Source: Squalus acanthias (taxonomy: Eukaryota). From it: a stretch of 64,000 nucleotides of DNA. Every line of letters starts with the position of its first letter. Positions within the stretch are counted from its first letter, which is position 1. Under the pieces are notes generated by a model that searched no databases, was not told where the DNA came from, and saw only the letters and a program-made list of their open reading frames with translations. A program made the position numbers and the translations under genes. Where the stretch lies: positions 143,780,001-143,844,000 of the forward strand of contig CM059432.1 in assembly GCA_030390025.1 (NCBI GenBank), written 5' to 3'. This document shows positions 42,031 through 54,775 of this stretch, piece by piece.

Positions 42031-44519
42031 TCTCGAGTGTAAACAATTTTGGTAATTTTTTTGATGGCCTGTTAGTCTTGTAATCCCGGTTTATCCCTTT
42101 GCTTGTCTAGCTCATGACATTCACCTAACGGAAACAAAAGGAAGGTAAAGTGGGCAGCCTCCCTGGAGGGGCACGAATAGCACTATGGAAACTACCATCT
42201 ACCACCCCCAACCACAACCAAAGAGGAAACGGTCACTGAATCTCATTTCAGCAGCATGGAAGATATCAGGAAGTAACGGAAATGGAAGCTGTGTGGTCAT
42301 ATTCAGCAGTATTGCATACTATCTTAGTGTCTAAAAAGACAGTATTCAATTTTCTAAAATGAAAGTAATTTTTTGCAACTACTAAATACACCTTTACCTT
42401 TTTTTCCCCCCAAACAGAACTTCATTTTACCAGAACTAAAGATTCTATTTCTAAAATCAACATAAACAGCAGCGACTACACTTCAACAGTACCTATTTGG
42501 CTGTGAAGCGCTTTGCCACATCCTGAGGTTGTAAAAGGTGCTACATAAATGCAAATCTTCCTTTCTACTTTCTATCTGATTATATGCTTCTCACTATTAG
42601 ATACACCTCATGTGTCAGTGAAAATATTTAATTATTTGACTTGGTTTTAAAACAAAGCCAAAATCAATTTGTTTACTGCCCAAAATATGGATTTTCCAAA
42701 TGCTGAATGTTGACTGTGCCAGCAACAGGCAATGTCCAAATACGCTCATTATTTCTGGCTGCGCCTGTTGACAGAGTCCACTGGTCAATCTACAGCTCTC
42801 TCAGCCGGGAAGCTTGGTGAAACAGTCTAACACCAGAAAAAAATACATTAAATGAAGCAGAGAAAAATCCACACCCCCTAATCCAGCTCACCTCTTAGCA
42901 ATTTCGCCCACCAGTACAACTATGAATAAATATTGGCAGTTGAATTAAGTGACTCATTTGCCCATTTTTCCAGCTCAAGAAAGGTTACAAAGGGGAGTGG
43001 CCAGAGCAGACGTGGTTTGCAATTCATTAAAAATAAGCAGCTCAACGTGGAGTAGGACTGCACCCAGCTTCATTGCAGTTTACAAATAAGGGTCAACGAA
43101 CTTGCAGAATCTGATTGACAAATTTAGAGCGGAAGTGGATTTTAAGCTACTCCTGTTAATGGAAAAACTTGGGCACTTTCCTCTTGGGCACTATGTTATA
43201 CAGACATGCAGCTGTTATCAACACATAACTAAAACAATTGGAGAAAAGGAAAATGTGTCAAGTGAATGTAACTGGTCCTTTCAAACTGCACCTGTACATG
43301 GATCTATAAACCACTCAGCAGGGACTGTTGAGCATCTATTGTTCATGCAGGAAATATTCTCGTTTTGTTTTCCTTCATTTAAAATTACTCAACATCTGAA
43401 TTGTGACATATTACAACCTAAAAAAAGCAGGAAGCCTCTCCACCCAAAAAAAATAGACATCAGTGCCAAGGAAAATATATTAGCACCATTTTGCGTTGGG
43501 AAAAAATTGACAGTTTAAAACGAGGCTGAATTTTTTTTTTAAATGAACTAAAATGACAACGAACTGTGGCTCTTGCCTAACTGACTGTGGAAATCCTGCC
43601 CTTTTTGAGCAATTTTTATTGGCAAAGTCACCACAAGTGGATGGAATATTTTATCACCTCTGACTCCAAATACATCCTTTTTAAAAATGCGTTCTTGGAA
43701 TGTGGGTGGCACCCTGAGGGCATCAAGAGTCAACCACACAGTGTGGGATTGGAATCACGTGTCGGCAGCCTGGGTAGGGGGGGCAGGTTTGCCTTGTGCC
43801 AGATTTATTGAACCCAGCTTCACAACTTGCCACGGTGGGATTTGAAAGTGGGTCGGAGTTGCAAGTCCAGTGGCATAACCACTCGGCTGCCATATCCTAT
43901 CCAGACTCAAGTCAGAGAAATGTCCGCAGTCATACAGTCGGTGGCTGAGCCCCACAGACCAGAAAGGTGCTAGATTGTAGATTCAATCTATTGCAAGTAG
44001 ATTTCATCTGGGTAACGATAGGACTGGAGTCACAATTGGTCTCTGCACACCCCTGGTCTTTTGGGCAGTGGAGGGAGGGGGAAATGTGAACAAAAAAAAA
44101 CCCACAGCCACGGTTCCAGTTCCTGATCTTTATTCAGTGACCTCTGCTGGAAGTGCACCAAATACACTGCCGGCACTCATCATGAAGACCCACTGTGTAT
44201 GACATTTACCAAGGTAAAGTACCAGAGAAAAACCGGCACACTCAGAACATGACCCACCAAGGAATCACTCAAGGAGAGATGGGGAGGAATATTGCCCCAC
44301 TTTACACTCAGTATCAAGGCCATGTACAGCAGGTCAATTAGAGTAAAACTCTGCCATGGCCAGTCTGCCTAAAGTCCAACCCCAGAAGAATCGTCCCATA
44401 GAAATACAAGTTACAATACAGAAACAGGCCACTGGGACCAGCAGTACATGTCTGTGTTTACCCTCCATACGAGCAAATAGTTCTAATCACATTTACCCAC
44501 ACTGATCCCATAGATCATC

Positions 44520-45735
44520 CCTGACAAACCTTACTGAATTTTTTGACAATGTCACTAAACTAGTCGACACGGGAATGTCTACGGATGTTATTTATATGGA
44601 CTTCCAGAAGGCATTTGATAAAATCCCACATAAGAGACTATTAACTATGGTAGAAGCCCACGGAATTGAGGGCAAATTATTGACCTGGTTCGGAAATTGG
44701 CTGAGCGGCAGGAGACAGGCAGTAGGGATAATGGTTAGGTAATCAAATTGGCAGGATGTGACCAGTGGTGTCCCGCAGGATCTGTGTTGGGGCCTCAACT
44801 ATTCACAGTATTAACGACTGAGATGATGGCCAAATTTGCTGACACAAAGATAGGTGGCATTGTAGATGAAAGCATAAAATTACAAAGGGATATCGACAAT
44901 TAAATGAATGGGCAAAACTGTGGCAAATGGATTTCAATGTAGGCAAATGTGAGGTCAGCCACTTTGGACCTAAAAAGAATACAACAGGGTGCCTAATAAA
45001 TGGTGAAAAGCTAAAAACAGTGGAGGTCCAAAGAGACTTGGGGACCCAGGTACATAGATCATTAAAATGTCATGAACAGGTACAGAAAATAATCAAAAAG
45101 GCTAATGAACGCTGGCTTTTATATCTAGAGGACCAGAACACAAGGGGGTAGACGTTATGCTGCAGCTATACAAAACCCTGGTTAGACCACACCTGGAGCA
45201 CTGTGAGCAGTTCTGGGCACCGCACCGTAGGAAGGATATATTGGCCTTGGAGTGAGCGCAGTGTAGGTTTACCAGAATGATAACCGGGACTTCAAGAGTT
45301 AAGATACAAGCGAAGACTACACAAATTAGGGTCGCATTACCTTGAACTTAGAAGGTTAAGGGGTGATCTGATCGAAATTTTCAAGATATTAAGGGGAACA
45401 GATAGGGTAGAGAGAGAGAAACTATTTCCACTGGTTGGGGAGTCTGGGACTAGGGGGCAGAGTCTAAAAATGAGAGCCAGACCTTTCAGGAGTGAAATTA
45501 GGAAACACTTCTACACGTCAAGGGTGGGAGAAGTTTGAAAAACTCTTCCGCAAACGGCAATCGATGCTAGATCAATGGTTAATTTTAAATCTGAGATTGA
45601 TAGCTTTTTGTTAACTAAAAAGGTATTAAGGGATATGGGCCAAAGGCGGGTATACGGAGTTAGGTCGCAGATCAGCCATGATCTCACTGAATGGCGGAAC
45701 AGGCTCAAGGGACTCAATGGCCTGGTCCTGTTTCT
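44520..45735 (+). mobile_element. CR1 LINE RT-to-3' fragment inserted in an older minus-strand CR1 tail
   Basis: [20 protein letters not shown] and 3' UTR; flanks 44396-44512 and 45736-45985 look like one older element. Confidence 0.85.
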
Positions 45736-47844
45736 ATCCTTTCAATTCCTTTTCCTTCATCCATTTATTGAATCTAATCTTGAATTTTGATCATCTCTGC
45801 CTCAACCACTGACCCTCGAAGTGAATCCCAAAGCCTCCCAAACTCTGTGTGCAGAAGATTCTCCTCCCCATGTTCTAAATCTCTTACATTTAATCCTGTA
45901 TCGATGGCCCCTCATTCTAAACCTCTCAACTACTGGAAACAGTCTGCTTCTATCTACCCTGTCCCATCCTTACATAATTTGAAACGCCATCACATCTTTC
46001 ATGGCTTTTATATTCTATACCTAGAGATAAAAACCTAGAATTCAATTATCGACTCCAACCACAACACACTACCACAAGATGCTGTAAAGTAATTGCCCCC
46101 TAGGATTCCAATCAATCTTGTTTGCTTCAATTATCTGACTTTCATCAGTTGCCAGTTATTGAAAATTCTGCAGCCAGATCATGTCATCTTGCTGGCTGGA
46201 AATCCAGCAGGGAGTCAAGGCCTCCTCAGGTCACGAACTAACCTCAAGCATTTGTAATTCACCCAAGTGCGGAGATTCCAGAAATAGACTTGGATCTTGT
46301 CTAAAATTAAAATATACTTCAGGGAAGGTTCATAATATGCATATTTCTCAGCCTTCCCCAAGGAACTGCAAAAACCAATGCAAGTTAAGCTCAATGGAAT
46401 GTTACAGACTGAAATTACTTCACAAGGATCTTCTCACGTTAGGATGGACACAGCCATTGCTCAATTCACATGTTGACATTTGGGCATACAATGATGCAGT
46501 TGTGCTGGATACCAAGTCTGGAATTTCTTGGCTTCAATGCTAAATCATACTAATAGTTCATTTATACTGCAGCTACTGGTTTCAGACTGGTATGCTAGGG
46601 ACAGTACCGGCGCCAAAGTACTTTGTTTATACTGCCTCAAAATTTAAACCAACTCGGTGAACTGCTCAGAAGGTCCAAAATCACTTTTTAAAATTGGGCT
46701 CATTGCACTAGATCTATACGCCATGAAATGCCAAACCCAACTAGCATCGAAATGCTTCCTCCAAACAGTGCAATACTGCTGGGCTCAAGCCACTTCACAG
46801 CAACAGTAAAGGTGTTGGTCAAAAGGGTACTTGGGTCACACAACATTGACGTAGCTACAAAATAGCAAAAGTCCTACCATTTCTGAATAGTCTAAAATAC
46901 TGGTCATATTTAACACCTTTTCCACTCTTATCTTTATTGAAGTTCTTGTATAACCAATGGCAATGTTCCTGTATACCCACACCAACTAGCTTTTACCAAG
47001 ATTTTATCAATGGATGTAAAAACATAGCATATTTTCCCATCACTAGTACTTATTTGATAAAACTATTCTATTTCTGGGACAGTCCATGAAAGGTTACACA
47101 ATTTACATTACAACATAAAATCCAGGAAAATGCAGTGTTGCAAGATTTAAATTAATAATGGCCAAACACGTTCACTGTACCAGAGAATTGCGCAAAGACA
47201 GATCAATCTGAAAGTCACATTCTTCAGGTCAACTTAGCCAGGCTCATTTCACCTAGAAAAATTGGGTGATAGCCAATTATCACCATTGAGCCAGCTACAG
47301 CCATTAAATCAATCCTCAGGCATTTTGCTCCTTTTGAAAGTCCATAAGAACATAAGAATTAGGACCTGGAGTAGGCCATACGGCCCTTCGAACCTGCTCT
47401 TCCATTCAAGATCATGGCTGATCATCTCAACTCCACTTTCCCACCCGATCCCCATATCCCTGGATTCCCCTGGAGTCCATATTTACCTCAAAGAGCAGTG
47501 CTACTGACACTGCAGGAGTAAATGGTTGACCCACACTGCAAGTTGAGTGTCACTAAGACCGCCTATTTCCACCTCCGGAACATCGCCCCACTCTGCCCCT
47601 GCCTCAGCTCATCTGCTGCTGAAACCCTCATCCATGCTTTTGTTACCTCTAGACGTGAATATTCCAACACTCTCGTGGCCGGCCTCCCACATTCTACCCT
47701 CAGTAAACTTGGTCATCCAAAACTCTGCTGCCCCTATCCTAACCCGCACCAAGTCCCGTTCACCCATCACCCCTGTGCTCGCTGACCTACATTGGCTAAA
47801 TGGAATAGATTCAGAACATAGCCAGCAGCTCAAAACTGGACATC

Positions 47845-50800
47845 CATGAGGCGCTGTGGGCCATCAGCAGCAGCAGCAGAAATGCACTCACCATAATCTG
47901 TAACCTCATGGCCTGGCATATCCCACACTCTACCATTACCATCAACAGGGACCAACTCTGGTTCAATGAGGAGTGAGGAAGAGCATGGCTGGATCAGCAC
48001 CAGGCATACCTAATTATGAGATGCCAACTTGGAGAAACTACAACACAGACTAGATGTATGCTAATCAGCAGAAGCAGCATGCTATAGACAGAGCTAAGCA
48101 ATCCCACAACCAACGGATCAGATCAAAGCTCGAAGTCCTGCCTCATCCAGTTATGAATGGTGGTGGACAATTAACAGGAGGAGGCGGCTCCTTGAAAATC
48201 CCTGTCCTCAATGATGGCGGAGCCCAGCATGCGAGACTTGAGCGTTTGCAACCATCTACAACCAGAAGTGCCGAGTGGATGATCCATCTCAGTCTCCACC
48301 ATCACAGAAGTCAGTCTTCAGCCAATTTGATTCACTCCACAAGATATCAAGAAACGGCTGGGCACATTGGAGCGCAAAGGCTATGGACCCCAACGACATC
48401 CCAGCTGCAGTGCTGAAGACTTGGGCTCCAGAACTAGCTGCGTCTCTTGCCCAAGCTGTTCCAGTACAGCTACAACACTAGCATCTATCCGACAATGTGG
48501 AAAATTGCCCAGGTATGTCCTGTCCACAAAAAGCAGGACAAATCCAATTACCGCCCCATCAGCTAACTCTCAATCATCAGCAAAGTGATGGAAGGGGTTG
48601 TCGACAGTGCTAGCAAGGGTCATATGCTCATCAATAACCTGCTCACCGATGCTAAGTTTGGGTATCGCCAGGAGCACTTGGCTCTGGACCTCAATCTAGC
48701 CTTGGTCCAAACATGGACAAAAGAGCTGAATTCCAGGTAAGCTGTGACTGCCCTTCACATAGGTGTATATGTGCACAAATCATTGAAGGTGGCATGATGA
48801 AGCAGTCCATGCCTGCATACAGCAAGACCTGGGCAACATACAGGCTTGGGCTGATAAATTGCAAGTAAAATTCACACCACACAAGTGCCAGGCAATGACT
48901 ATCTCCAACAACAGAGTGTAACCACTGCCCCTTGACATTCAACTGCATTTCCATGGTTGAATCCTCCGCCATCAACATCCTGGGGGTCACCATTGACCAG
49001 AAACTTAACTAGACCAGCCACATAAATACTGTGGCAACAAGAGCAGGTCAGAGGCTGGGTATTCTGTGGCGAGTGCCTCACCTCCTGACTCCCAAAGCCC
49101 TTCCATCATCTACAAGGCACAAGTCAGGAGTGTGATGGAATACTCTCCACATGCCTGGACGAGTGCAGCTCCAACAACACTGAAGCTTGACACCGAACAG
49201 GACAAAGCAGCCCGCTTGATTGGCACCGTGAAGGAATAAGCCATATTCAGAAAAATACACCATTCTATGAAATAATTCTGGTCTTATTGTAACATGACAA
49301 ACTGGGCTTGAAAATCTAAAAACCTAACAATGGAGAAGCTATAAACAGCATACAGGCTATTGAGATAAGACAAGTTGTTGACACTGAATCAATAACCTTA
49401 TTGAAACACGAGGTTGGAGGTTCCTGATAGTGTGAAGCCTTGGAAAGAACACAATGGTACACCCTGTTAAGGTGTCTTAAAATACACTTTGGAAAGAAAC
49501 AGAAAATTAACATATGCCTTCGTAAAAATGATAACAAATGAAACACAGGAGACACGATTCTGTGTTGCAACCAGCTGTGGTAACTAAGAATTGCATAGAT
49601 CACCCTGTTGAGGTGTTTTAATTTACACATCGTAAAAAGACACAAACAGAAGACCTCGGTAAGAATGACATCAAATAGATGCATCTGCTGTCACCGTTTT
49701 TATGATAAGCTTCGAACACCTAAAAAGGTAGAGACACGATTCTTAATGCTACCAGCTGAACTGACTGTAAAAATAGCAGGGGTCAGCAGAAAAATGACTA
49801 GAGATAATTAGCTTACATCAGCAGAAAACTTCAAAGGACATAAATATTGAACTTTCAAATGGGATGATTGCCCCTTTACAGCGAGACTAAGCGATTCTCA
49901 GGCTTCAGAGGCAAGCTCTAAGTCTACAACTCTTTGTACCTCGGGGATCAAGGTATTGTACTGTATTTGATTTTGGTGGATATCCTGGAATAAAGACTAA
50001 GAACTGTAAAAATGTAACGAAGTTAAGATTTGAGAATAAGGATCTCTGATAATAGAATTGTAAGATTTCTGTTTTTGGAACTGTTAATGTTGCGATTGAA
50101 TCACCAACTGTAAATTACATGTCGGTTCTTTAATAAATCTATATATTTTTAAAATTGTCTCACATAATACTTCTGTATCAAACTCGCAAACTCAATCTCT
50201 GTACGCTCTTTGGTGAGGAGTTGCAGAATTCTGAAGGAGTTTTCCGAACCCTCATAATATCCAGAACGTTACAGTCTTGCTAAACTTATTAAAAGTGCTA
50301 TCTGGAGGATGGTAACATCTGCAGGTTGTTCCTTTCCTTTAGGGAGAGATAGTCTGGACCTTTCGACCCAATTAAGCGTCTTTAGGATTCGGCTACCTCA
50401 AACTTTAGTTGAAAGTGAACGTCTCGGGAATACGCCTGATCCGGGGTAGCCCTAAAGGGGCTAGGACGAGTAATTATCCCTTCAACCCCATCCACCACCT
50501 TAAACATTCACTCCCTCCACCACTGGCGCACAATGGCTGCAGTGTGTACCAGCTACAAGATGTGCTGCAGCAACTTGCCATGGCTTCTTCAACAGCACCT
50601 CCCAAACCCGTAACCTCTACCACCTTGGACAAGAGCAGCAGGCACATGGGAACACCATCAACTCCAACTCACACACCATCCTGACTTAGAAATATATCAC
50701 CGTTCATCGTCGCTGGGTCAAAATCCTGGAACTCCCTACCCAACATCATTGTGGGAGTACCTTCACCAGACAGACTGCAGCGGTTCAAGGCGGTGGCTCA

Positions 50801-50884
50801 CTGCCACCTTCTCAACTGGCAATTAGGGATGGACAATAAATGCTGGCCTTGCCAGTGACGCCTACATCCCATGAACGAATAAAA
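47845..50884 (+). mobile_element. Zenon-like LINE (47845-49228 and 50485-50884) split by a solo LTR
   Basis: NYRPIS and WKIAQVCPVHKK motifs; ttgattggcacc / ccatccaccacc contiguous in the copy at 27150-27175. Confidence 0.88.
49229..50484 (+). mobile_element. Solo LTR, 1256 bp
   Basis: TG...CA ends, terminal inverted repeat TGAAGG(A/G)ATAA, 4-bp TSD ACCG/ACCC, TATA-like CATAAATA at 49839, AATAAA at 49989 and 50132. Confidence 0.85.
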
Positions 50885-52462
50885 GTCTTTCCCTTAAATG
50901 CATCTACGCTATTCACTTAACTACTCCATGTGGTGGCAAGTTCCACATTCTAACCACTCTCGGTGAAGAGATTTCTCCTGAATTCCTTACTGGATTTATT
51001 AATGTCTATCTTATATTATGACCCCCATTATGATTGCCACCCTTTGGAACTACTGCCCTCATAACTAATTATAATCTTTGTATTTCTTGAATATTTCTAC
51101 AATAAGAAATGTTATAATTCTGCCCACAATGTCCCCTACGGCCAGGGAACCTCCACAAATAACTTAGCAACTACCATAGAGTACATCACGCAAATATACC
51201 AAAGCATATAGCACTAATCCAGTGTTAAGTTCCCAGAGTGCAGCCGTCTCAAAAGGTCAAGATAAACATGTCACAAAAAATGGACTCCATTTACAGTAAA
51301 ATTATTGAGTCCAGCTTGTCTAACTCACCCTTTCTCAAATGTTACACCACTGTAGTGATCTGCTTCCGTTAACTATCAAATCCCAGCCTACACCCTACAA
51401 AATCAATTTCAATTTTAGATGTTTTATTTAATTTCTGTTATCTTTATGTTCCAATGACACCCAATGGTGCAAAATGAAATACACGTAAATGGAAATATTT
51501 TTACAAATCTTGCAGTAGAGTGCTACATAGAATTAACAGCTCAGAAACAGGTAATTCGGCCCAACTGGTGTATGCTCCACACGAGCCTCCTCCCATCCTA
51601 CTTCATCAAACCCTAGCAGCATAATCTTCGATTCCTTTCTCCCTTTTGTACTTTTCTAGCTTCCCCTGGAATGTATAAACCTTGGATTAATGGAAATAAA
51701 GCAAAGGGGAAAAAAGCAGCAATGAGACCATGAAGGGAGATAGAATCGAGGCAAAGCGAGGCAGGGCAGCAAGCCCCAAATATTCCCGAGGTCGTTCGAA
51801 CTCGGCAGCACCTTGAGGAAAATATGTCGTAAGCCCATCCCAGATTCTGTGCAATGTCTTCGCAGGTTTGGGGAACATTACAACACAGTGAAGGTTTTTG
51901 AAACACTCAATATAATCAATTAGATTTCAATGCTAATATAACCCCTGTCGTAATTTATGATTAAAAAAAAAATCACAAGAGATGACGTTACCAATAGCTT
52001 GACACTAAATGTGGCTGGTGTAATTCTGAAGTTGCCTTTAATCATGTCCCTTTGCAGGATTAAGTCACCCATTCTGCTGGGTTTATCAGCTCTTCTCTTT
52101 CAGCAGAGATAATCGAGGATATCCATTACAATCTATTCCCAGGAATGATCTCACTTCAGTGGATTACACATAGGTCCCACGCTGAAATGTTCTTGCCACG
52201 TCACAAATATTTAGTCTGATTTCACTCATGCACTATTGTCCTGAATACCTTTTCTTGGGACTCAAATCGTTTTTGCAGTAGAATGGGTCATGAGACCATT
52301 CTCCCCCCCCCCCGCCTCAGTTTTCTCCATCTTTTCACCTGTTGCCACTGACTCATGCTGGTGCACAGCTCCCGCAGACACTATTCAAGTGACAGTGTTG
52401 GCAGGCCATCCGACCACGAAGGGCTTAACAGTTCTTGCTCTCACCTGATAACCAAACATTAA

Positions 52463-52626
52463 TTATAAAAGTCGGATAGCTAGGTGGTGAAGCACAGAAC
52501 ACAAGAGCCTAATCTTAGTTACTTACAAGCCTTTATTTACAGAGAAAGACATTACATACTGCACACCCCGACCACCTGAATCCAGTTAACACCCAATTGC
52601 TATACACCACTTTAATACAATTAACA
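52463..52626 (-). mobile_element. Probable short solo LTR in an old SINE-like repeat
   Basis: Minus strand begins TGTTAA, contains AATAAA, and is flanked by TTAA on both sides; the 3' CA is not preserved. Confidence 0.45.
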
Positions 52627-52900
52627 TTAATGACTGATTTTTCTCCTCCTTAAACCAGGGGCCCTGAACTAACTGTAGCACCCCAGGTAAACTCGGCTGA
52701 TTTACCACATGCTGAGGAAATAAGTGAGAGAGGTTCTGGTCTGTACAGTTTAGGATCACACCCCATAGTGTCTGTGTCCACCAAGATATCGAGCAATTCT
52801 CAGGACCATTTCTTAAAATCAGTTTGCCTTCAGCAAGGATTCGGCATTGGATCAAATGACAAAGCAATAATTGCTAAATTCAATACAATGAGTCACTTAC

Positions 52901-53003
52901 CTACGACCATTAATGTAAACTCAAATCCCCTTTTCACAGACTTTCTGTACACTTGATTTGGAAGGTTTGCAAACCCCACATATCCTTCAAGATTCTTTTG
53001 TTG
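52901..53003 (-). CDS. SEPTIN7: Septin-7 coding exon, 103 nt, phase 0 to phase 1
   Basis: Minus strand reads gttacag|CAA CAA AAG AAT CTT GAA GGA...ATG GTC GTA G|gtaagt = [34 protein letters not shown](G), the SEPT7 N-terminal/polybasic region; canonical AG/GT sites. Confidence 0.98.
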
Positions 53004-53140
53004 CTGTAACAGAATAACAGCATTTAGTTTCTAGTTCAGAATCAACAAATTTATAGCACTGACAAGAAGGAGGAATATACAAGAGCAGAACAGTGGTGCA
53101 ACTTAAATCCACAATTCATATATAGCAAACTTCCTAATTA

Positions 53141-53503
53141 CAGGAAACTCTATTAACCGGGACCGGCGTGGTGCCGGTTTATCGAAAGTACCGGATAACG
53201 GAGAGTTATATCTACCGAGGCTATTTTTAACAAAGAAAAATAAATAAATCAAGAAATGTGCAGTATACAGTATTTGGGTACTTTTGAAAACTACCCCTAC
53301 TGACTAAATCGGCGTTCTCGGACTCGGGATCGGCAACATTGCCGGTTATTTGAGAGGAGTTTTCGGAGTACTCGCCGTTTGCGGAGACTCGACTGCGACT
53401 CGGCAACATTGCCGGTTATTTGAGAGGCGTTTTCGGAGGATGATTTTTGCCGGTTAAGCGAGAATTCCGGATATTTGGGTGCCGGATAAACAAAAGTTTC
53501 CTG
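53141..53503. mobile_element. pogo/Tigger-like MITE with an internal 70-bp-period duplication
   Basis: TA|CAGGAAACT...AGTTTCCTG|TA; tcggcaacattgccggttatttgagagg at 53330 and 53400. Confidence 0.85.
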
Positions 53504-53602
53504 TATAATCTTATCATGACTTAAAGAGCCAAGGAAGCTAGACACTGCCCCAACATCACGTAGGAGTATTAAAAAAACTACCTTCTTGCTTAAGATACTT
53601 AC

Positions 53603-53604
53603 CG
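53603..53604 (-). CDS. SEPTIN7: Candidate 2-nt SEPTIN7 microexon (CG)
   Basis: Minus strand acacag|CG|gtaagtat; the acceptor is the first AG after a 170-nt AG-free zone. A phase-1 G plus CG would give Ala, as in vertebrate M-A-Q-Q-K-N-L-E-G. Confidence 0.7.
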
Positions 53605-53606
53605 CT

Positions 53607-53776
53607 GTGTTGTAAACGTTGAAAACCCACAGGTCCAGCATTTCAGATGGTAATGAAGTATCCACACGGCACAACGAGAAGAATTCAAAGCAAGATGGAG
53701 TGTAATAACCAGCATCATCCAGCAGAGCATGAAAAGAAAACAGGTTCAAAAGTTAGATTTCAAATAGAACCACAAC
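53607..53776 (-). promoter_or_regulatory. AG-exclusion zone with distant branch point (TCTAAC, 53757-53752) and pyrimidine tract
   Basis: No CT dinucleotide on the + strand from 53607 to 53776; minus strand reads aatctaac ttttgaacctgttttcttttcatgctctgc. Confidence 0.7.
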
Positions 53777-54455
53777 CTCTGTTCTGTTTAAACAAAATCA
53801 AAAACATTAATACATTTCAAATGATTCACAATTGCAATCATTTACCATGTTTCCCTAACCCTGCCCAAACCACTTTTTTTTTAAAAAAAGCACTAAGCAT
53901 TAACCACTCACTGGTAATAAAGTGAGTCATTATAATTTACAACATGGACTAGATAAGAGTTACCATTTAATGAAGATCAGCCCCTTCTCCTCTGCAATAT
54001 TTGCAAATTACGATTACTGAGGTCACAAATACAGTGTCATTCCTATGGGCTCTGGGTTTAGGCACAACCTTTCAGAAACACAGCTCGACATCACTGAAGT
54101 TACATGTCAATGAGTGGTTGCTCACGCCTTTGTTTTTATTAACCTTCCTAAACATCTTATCTCACGTTTCATTTCCTGTGCCAACATGTATTAAATGCTT
54201 AATATAGTTACCCAACCGGCGCACTGTCAATCCCACTCTGGAGTGCTCCTGGAGCCACAATACCAGGGGAAAGTGTTTACCAACAGTATGGTATGTGAAA
54301 CCTCAAAGGACTGCAATCACACTTAGGCATGTTTTTTCAAAGCACAATCTTATTTGGGAAATACCAAGTATAATGCAGATCTGTGCATTTCATCAACTCC
54401 ATTTCTAGAAGAGAAAGCTCCAGAACGTCAATAAAAAAAAAAAATATACACACCT

Positions 54456-54775
<320 letters not shown>

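Larger units (their letters stand above)
8446..52900 (-). other. SEPTIN7: SEPTIN7 intron, 44,455 nt, GT-AG
   Basis: Bounded by the donor gtaagt at 52900 and the acceptor cag at 8446; the flanking exons are contiguous in the septin-7 protein. Confidence 0.93.
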
